Source: Gemmatimonadota bacterium (GTDB lineage Bacteria > Gemmatimonadota > Gemmatimonadetes > Gemmatimonadales > GWC2-71-9). Taken from it: 10,856 nucleotides of DNA. Position numbers and translations under genes: made by a program. Below, piece after piece: positions 7,447-10,856 of the stretch. Location of the stretch: contig JAZDCZ010000369.1 in NCBI GenBank assembly GCA_036679605.1, positions 1 through 10,856 of the forward strand, written 5' to 3'. The notes under the pieces are model-generated. The model was not told the DNA's origin. It searched no databases and saw only the letters and a list, made by a program, of their open reading frames with translations. Numbering within the stretch: the stretch's first letter is position 1; each line of letters opens with the position of its first letter.

Positions 7447-7704
7447 CAGCTCCTAGCGGAGTTTGAGCGCAGGGCGAGTGACATGGAACGCATCGAAGAC
7501 ATAGTAGCAGCTTACCGCAGATCGCTCGACCGTTGGATCGCGGAACCGTCTGAGAAGGTGAAGGAACGGATGGGTCCGAGGTACTCGAACCTGCAGCGGG
7601 ATGCTCGGCCGCTCCGACTACTGAAGCTCCCAGGATTCCATGCGACGTGGGACCGGATGATGTTTTGCATATTGGGTGGCGACCCCCTTCGCCCGGGGCT
7701 CTGA
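7438..7704 (+). pseudogene. Possible 3' remnant of an unknown helical protein
   Basis: The part of ORF 7210-7704 that does not overlap the minus-strand gene reads LLAEFERRASDMERIEDIVAAYRRSLDRWIAEPSEKVKERMGPRYSNLQRD..., which is protein-like. No family recognised. Confidence 0.3.
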
Positions 7705-7779
7705 AGAATCCCCCCCTTCGCGGTCTAGCAGCTTTACCTGTACGGGCTGGCTTGAATGCGCGAGACAATTTCTTGGCGT

Positions 7780-7807
7780 TTGACGCCACCGAGCCAGCCT
7801 GCATATT
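7780..7807 (+). promoter_or_regulatory. Candidate sigma70 promoter ahead of the zinc-ribbon stub
   Basis: TTGACG (7780-7785), 16-nt spacer, CATATT (7802-7807), 9 nt before ATG 7817; same -35 and spacer length as the promoter at 4926. Confidence 0.45.
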
Positions 7808-7816
7808 CGCTAGGTC

Positions 7817-7992
7817 ATGACCGTACCTGCCCATCCTGCGAGACCCCCGTTCCAGAGGGGGCGCTGTTCTGTGCTGCCTGTGGCGAGGCGACCCCGACTC
7901 AGATTAGTGACGAGACAGTCCCAACGCCCAGCGATGGCCGAGAATGGGCCAGGCCCTACGCCACAGCGATCTTCAAAAGCTTAAATGGCTGA
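7817..7992 (+). pseudogene. Orphan zinc-ribbon 5' stub, probably from a kinase gene; frameshifted right after the ATG
   Basis: RTCPSCETPVPEGALFCAACG aligns with KTCPNCGASFQDDQLFCSHCG of the kinase at 5002 with identical Cys spacing. ATGACCGTACC is one C short of ATG ACC CGT ACC (MTRT). No kinase domain follows. Confidence 0.7.
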
Positions 7993-10423
7993 ATTGCTCA
8001 AAGACATCCGTTACGGCACACGGATGCTCCTTAAGACTCCCGTGGTCTCCTTCGCGGCCATCCTAACCATCGGGCTGGGCATCGGGGGTATCACGCTCGT
8101 GTTCGGCGGGAGCTACAACCTGGTCATACGCGGACTGCCGTTCGAGGGCGGCGACCGCCTCGCGCGGATCTCCCAAACCGTCTCTGTCGACGGTGCGCGA
8201 CGAACCGTACCGATTCACGACTACGTCGACTGGCGGGAACAGCAGGCGTCGTTTGGGGACTTGGCAGCTCTGCTTTGGACTGACGTCAACCTCGCGGACA
8301 CCGAGGCCCATCCGGGGCGGTACCCGGGCACACGCGTCAGCGCGAGTCTTTTTTCCGAATTGAACGCTGGGCCCCTCATGGGGCGGGTGTTCCGTGAGGA
8401 GGAAGATGCGGGCCACGCCCCCCCAACGATCATCCTCAGCTACCACGTATGGCAAGATCGCTACGGCAGTGACGCGGACATCATCGGCAAGACGATTCGC
8501 GCCGATGGTATCCCGACAACGGTCGTGGGTGTCATGCCGGCAGGGTTCCGGTTTCCCTTCGACCACGATCTGTGGATGCCACTCGCCGTCGATCCCGGTC
8601 ATGTACCGCGGGGACAGGGTCCGCGGTTGTGGGTCATCGGGCGACTCAAGAAGAATGTAAGCTTCGCACAGGCGGAAGCGCAGATGGCGGTGATCTCCGA
8701 TCGTCTCGCCACGCAGTACCCCGAGACCAACGACGGCGTCGGTGCCGCCGTGCGGGCATACACTGACGACTTCATGCCGCCCGAAATCATCGACATTCTC
8801 TGGGTCGAGATCGCCGCGGCGCTTGGGGTGCTGTTCATTGCGTGCGCGAACGTGGCCAACCTGTTGCTGGCGCGCTCGGCGGCCAGGGTGAAAGAAATGG
8901 CGATTCGCACCGCCGTAGGTGCAACCCGCGCGCGCGTCATCCGGCAGGTCATGGTCGAAGCGACCATAGTCGCGCTCATCGGCGGCATTGTGGGTCTGAT
9001 CTTGGCGGTGGTACTGACCAACGGACTGAGCGGTTTTATCGAGGCGATCGAGAAACCGTACTGGATCGAGTTCGGACTTGAGACCCCGATCGTGCTGGTT
9101 ACCGCCGGGATGGCGCTGATCGCCAGTGTCGCGTCCGGCATTGTCCCAGCAATCAAAGCCTCCGGGATCGACGTACAACAAATCCTCAGAGACGAGAGCG
9201 GCGGGTCGTCGAGCTTCCGTATGGGTCGATTCAGTACCGGCTTGGTCGTAACCGAGATCGCGTTGTCGTGTGCCTTGCTTGTCGGTGCCGGCATCATGAT
9301 CAGAAGCGTGATGAACTTTCAGTCGCTCGATATGGGGTTCGAATCGGCGAACGTGTTCACCGGGCGCGTGGCGCTCACAGACACCGACTACCCGAACTAC
9401 GAGAGCCGGATGCAGTTCTACGACGGACTGATGCAGCGCCTCACCGTTCTGCCCGGCACGGAAACCGCGGCGCTCGGCGACGTGCTTCCGGGTATGGGTG
9501 CCGGTGCGTGGTTCTTGGGTATCGAGGGCGTCCAATACGCGACCGATCAAGATTATCCATCCGCCTCTCGGGCAACGATTACGCCCGGATTCTTCACCAC
9601 GTTCGGCGTTGATGTCCGTGACGGTCGTGACTTCTCGACCCAGGATCGCCAAGGGAGTTTGCCGGCTGTCATCGTCAACGAGAGTTTCCAACGACGCCAC
9701 TTTCCGGAGGGGTCACCTCTCGGAAGACGGTTCCGTCTTGGGCGTTCGGATTCGCCGAACGAATGGTTGACCGTCGTTGGCGTGGTGGCGGATCTGCACG
9801 TGGGCGACCGCGAGCTCGGAGGCATGCGCAGCGGCGATGTGGGGCCGGAGCAGTTCTACACACCGCTCGCCCAGACTCAGCAGCGGCGGATGCGGATAGC
9901 GGTCAAGACCATTGGAGATCCCTTGGCGATCGCCCCGATGGTGCGCAACGCCGTCGCCGAACTCGATTCCAATCTTCCCGTCTATGAGGTGGATTCGATG
10001 GACGGAGCCCTGCGAGCCGTCACATGGTCGTTCGCCATGTTGGGGTGGACGTTCTCGACGTTCGGTGCGATCGCGCTGCTGATGGCGGCGGTCGGCCTCT
10101 ACGGGGTGATCGCGTTCTCGGTCAGTCGCCGGACGCAGGAGATGGGTATTCGCATGGCGCTCGGTGCGTGCCGCAATGACATCCTTAAGCTCGTGCTCAA
10201 GCAAGGCATGAAGCAGATCGGTGTTGGCATGGCCATCGGGTTGGTCTTGGGCGCGGCCCTAAGCCGGCCGCTCCAATCGGTGTCGTTCCGGGTGAATCCC
10301 AATGATCCCACGGTGTACGCTGCTATCATTCTCACATTGACGCTTACCGGGTTGCTCGCGTGCATCGTGCCGGCGGTGCAGGCTACGCGGGTCAACCTCG
10401 TCGACGCAGTGAAGGCGGATTAG
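7985..10423 (+). CDS. ABC transporter permease, duplicated MacB-PCD/FtsX architecture (ADOP-type orphan permease)
   Basis: DIRYGTRMLLKTP, ACANVANLLLAR..R.KEMAIRTAVGA.R.R.IRQ, LVVTEIALS..LLVGAG, GLYGVIAFSVSRRTQEMGIRMALGA, ACIVPA; two periplasmic plus TM repeats in 812 aa. No ATPase gene in the window. Confidence 0.96.
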   Translation: MAELLKDIRYGTRMLLKTPVVSFAAILTIGLGIGGITLVFGGSYNLVIRGLPFEGGDRLARISQTVSVDGARRTVPIHDYVDWREQQASFGDLAALLWTDVNLADTEAHPGRYPGTRVSASLFSELNAGPLMGRVFREEEDAGHAPPTIILSYHVWQDRYGSDADIIGKTIRADGIPTTVVGVMPAGFRFPFDHDLWMPLAVDPGHVPRGQGPRLWVIGRLKKNVSFAQAEAQMAVISDRLATQYPETNDGVGAAVRAYTDDFMPPEIIDILWVEIAAALGVLFIACANVANLLLARSAARVKEMAIRTAVGATRARVIRQVMVEATIVALIGGIVGLILAVVLTNGLSGFIEAIEKPYWIEFGLETPIVLVTAGMALIASVASGIVPAIKASGIDVQQILRDESGGSSSFRMGRFSTGLVVTEIALSCALLVGAGIMIRSVMNFQSLDMGFESANVFTGRVALTDTDYPNYESRMQFYDGLMQRLTVLPGTETAALGDVLPGMGAGAWFLGIEGVQYATDQDYPSASRATITPGFFTTFGVDVRDGRDFSTQDRQGSLPAVIVNESFQRRHFPEGSPLGRRFRLGRSDSPNEWLTVVGVVADLHVGDRELGGMRSGDVGPEQFYTPLAQTQQRRMRIAVKTIGDPLAIAPMVRNAVAELDSNLPVYEVDSMDGALRAVTWSFAMLGWTFSTFGAIALLMAAVGLYGVIAFSVSRRTQEMGIRMALGACRNDILKLVLKQGMKQIGVGMAIGLVLGAALSRPLQSVSFRVNPNDPTVYAAIILTLTLTGLLACIVPAVQATRVNLVDAVKAD

Positions 10424-10456
10424 GGTGTGAAACGTGAAGCGGAGGTAAGGGAGCGA

Positions 10457-10603
10457 CGGGCGCAGCACCTTCACCGCGACCTTGCGTCTGTGCTTCACGT
10501 CATCGGCGAGATACACGGTTGCCATGCCACCTTCGCCCAAGTGGCCTTCGAGCTTGTAGCGGTCGGCGAGGGCGGTCGAGAGCCGGGAGGTGATCTCGGG
10601 CAT
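10457..10603 (-). pseudogene. Orphan Ser/Thr kinase 5' stub (49 codons)
   Basis: MPEITSRLSTALADRYKLEGHLGEGGMATVYLADDVKHRRKVAVKVLRP, then homology to the 4323 kinase ends and the frame runs antisense into the permease (stop at 10259). Preceded by CACTTT-tcctcc-ATG. Confidence 0.92.
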
Positions 10604-10615
10604 GGAGGAAAAGTG

Positions 10616-10856
10616 TTAGGTGGCGCTGACCGGCACGGCGAGTGACGGGGAGCGCGGACGGGTGTACCTGATCCAGAGTTCCGCCGCACCAAGAGTGATG
10701 AGCCAGCCGGTCCAAAATGAGAGCGCAAAGATTTCCTGTGAGCGATACCCCGCCGGGGTGAGAACCATGTCGAAAACGCCGCCGACAACTCGTATCGTGG
10801 ATATGCCGAGGGCAATCGCAAACGCTCGAATCATCCATTCTCGATGACGCGCCACC
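10616..10856 (-). CDS. DUF2306-like membrane protein, C-terminal part (runs off the right edge)
   Basis: HREWMIRAFAIALGISTIR and SFWTGWLITLGAAELWIR resemble the HRxWMIRxxA...W.GW...AE C-terminus of DUF2306 proteins; TAA at 10616-10618. Confidence 0.75.
   Translation of the reverse strand, partial: VARHREWMIRAFAIALGISTIRVVGGVFDMVLTPAGYRSQEIFALSFWTGWLITLGAAELWIRYTRPRSPSLAVPVSAT

Noticed and set aside
8063..9700. 545-aa antisense ORF (and 8599-9297, 9713-10204) inside the permease
   Set aside because: Shadow frames expected from GC-rich codon usage; they fully overlap a well-supported gene and carry no motifs.
10426..10440. GTGAAAC-GTGAAGC heptamer pair next to the stub breakpoint
   Set aside because: Only two imperfect units; too short to call a repeat element.
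10259..10456. C-terminal 65 codons of the 114-aa ORF as a real kinase fusion domain
   Set aside because: Read-through into the intergenic gap and the antisense strand of the permease; no kinase motifs after VLRP.
1..10856. CRISPR array, tRNA/rRNA, or a diversity-generating retroelement TR/VR pair explaining the kinase repeats
   Set aside because: No regularly spaced repeats or RNA-gene signatures were seen. Differences between the kinase copies are mostly synonymous and not adenine-specific, and no reverse transcriptase is present.

Overview
GC-rich (~60%) bacterial accessory region; the gene families suggest Gemmatimonadota or Acidobacteriota (inference). Left to right: the 3' end of an ISL3-family transposase with its right end; a short Rho homologue lacking the N-terminal helical bundle; an 891-aa membrane Ser/Thr kinase with TolB/PD40-like propellers; a frameshifted, internally deleted RidA-family gene with a signal peptide; a lower-GC zinc-ribbon Ser/Thr kinase whose tail resembles a PilC/GspF membrane hairpin; a hypothetical gene; an orphan duplicated (ADOP-type) ABC permease; and the 3' end of a DUF2306-like membrane protein. 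The most striking unannotated pattern is three orphan kinase 5' ends (stubs at 4781-4834, 7817-7992 and 10457-10603). Each keeps a candidate leaderless or short-leader promoter and is joined to unrelated DNA. Two sit upstream of non-kinase genes in the same orientation, and two face inward around the permease. This suggests kinase heads act as recombination points or portable promoters, although plain decay or an assembly artefact cannot be excluded from sequence alone.
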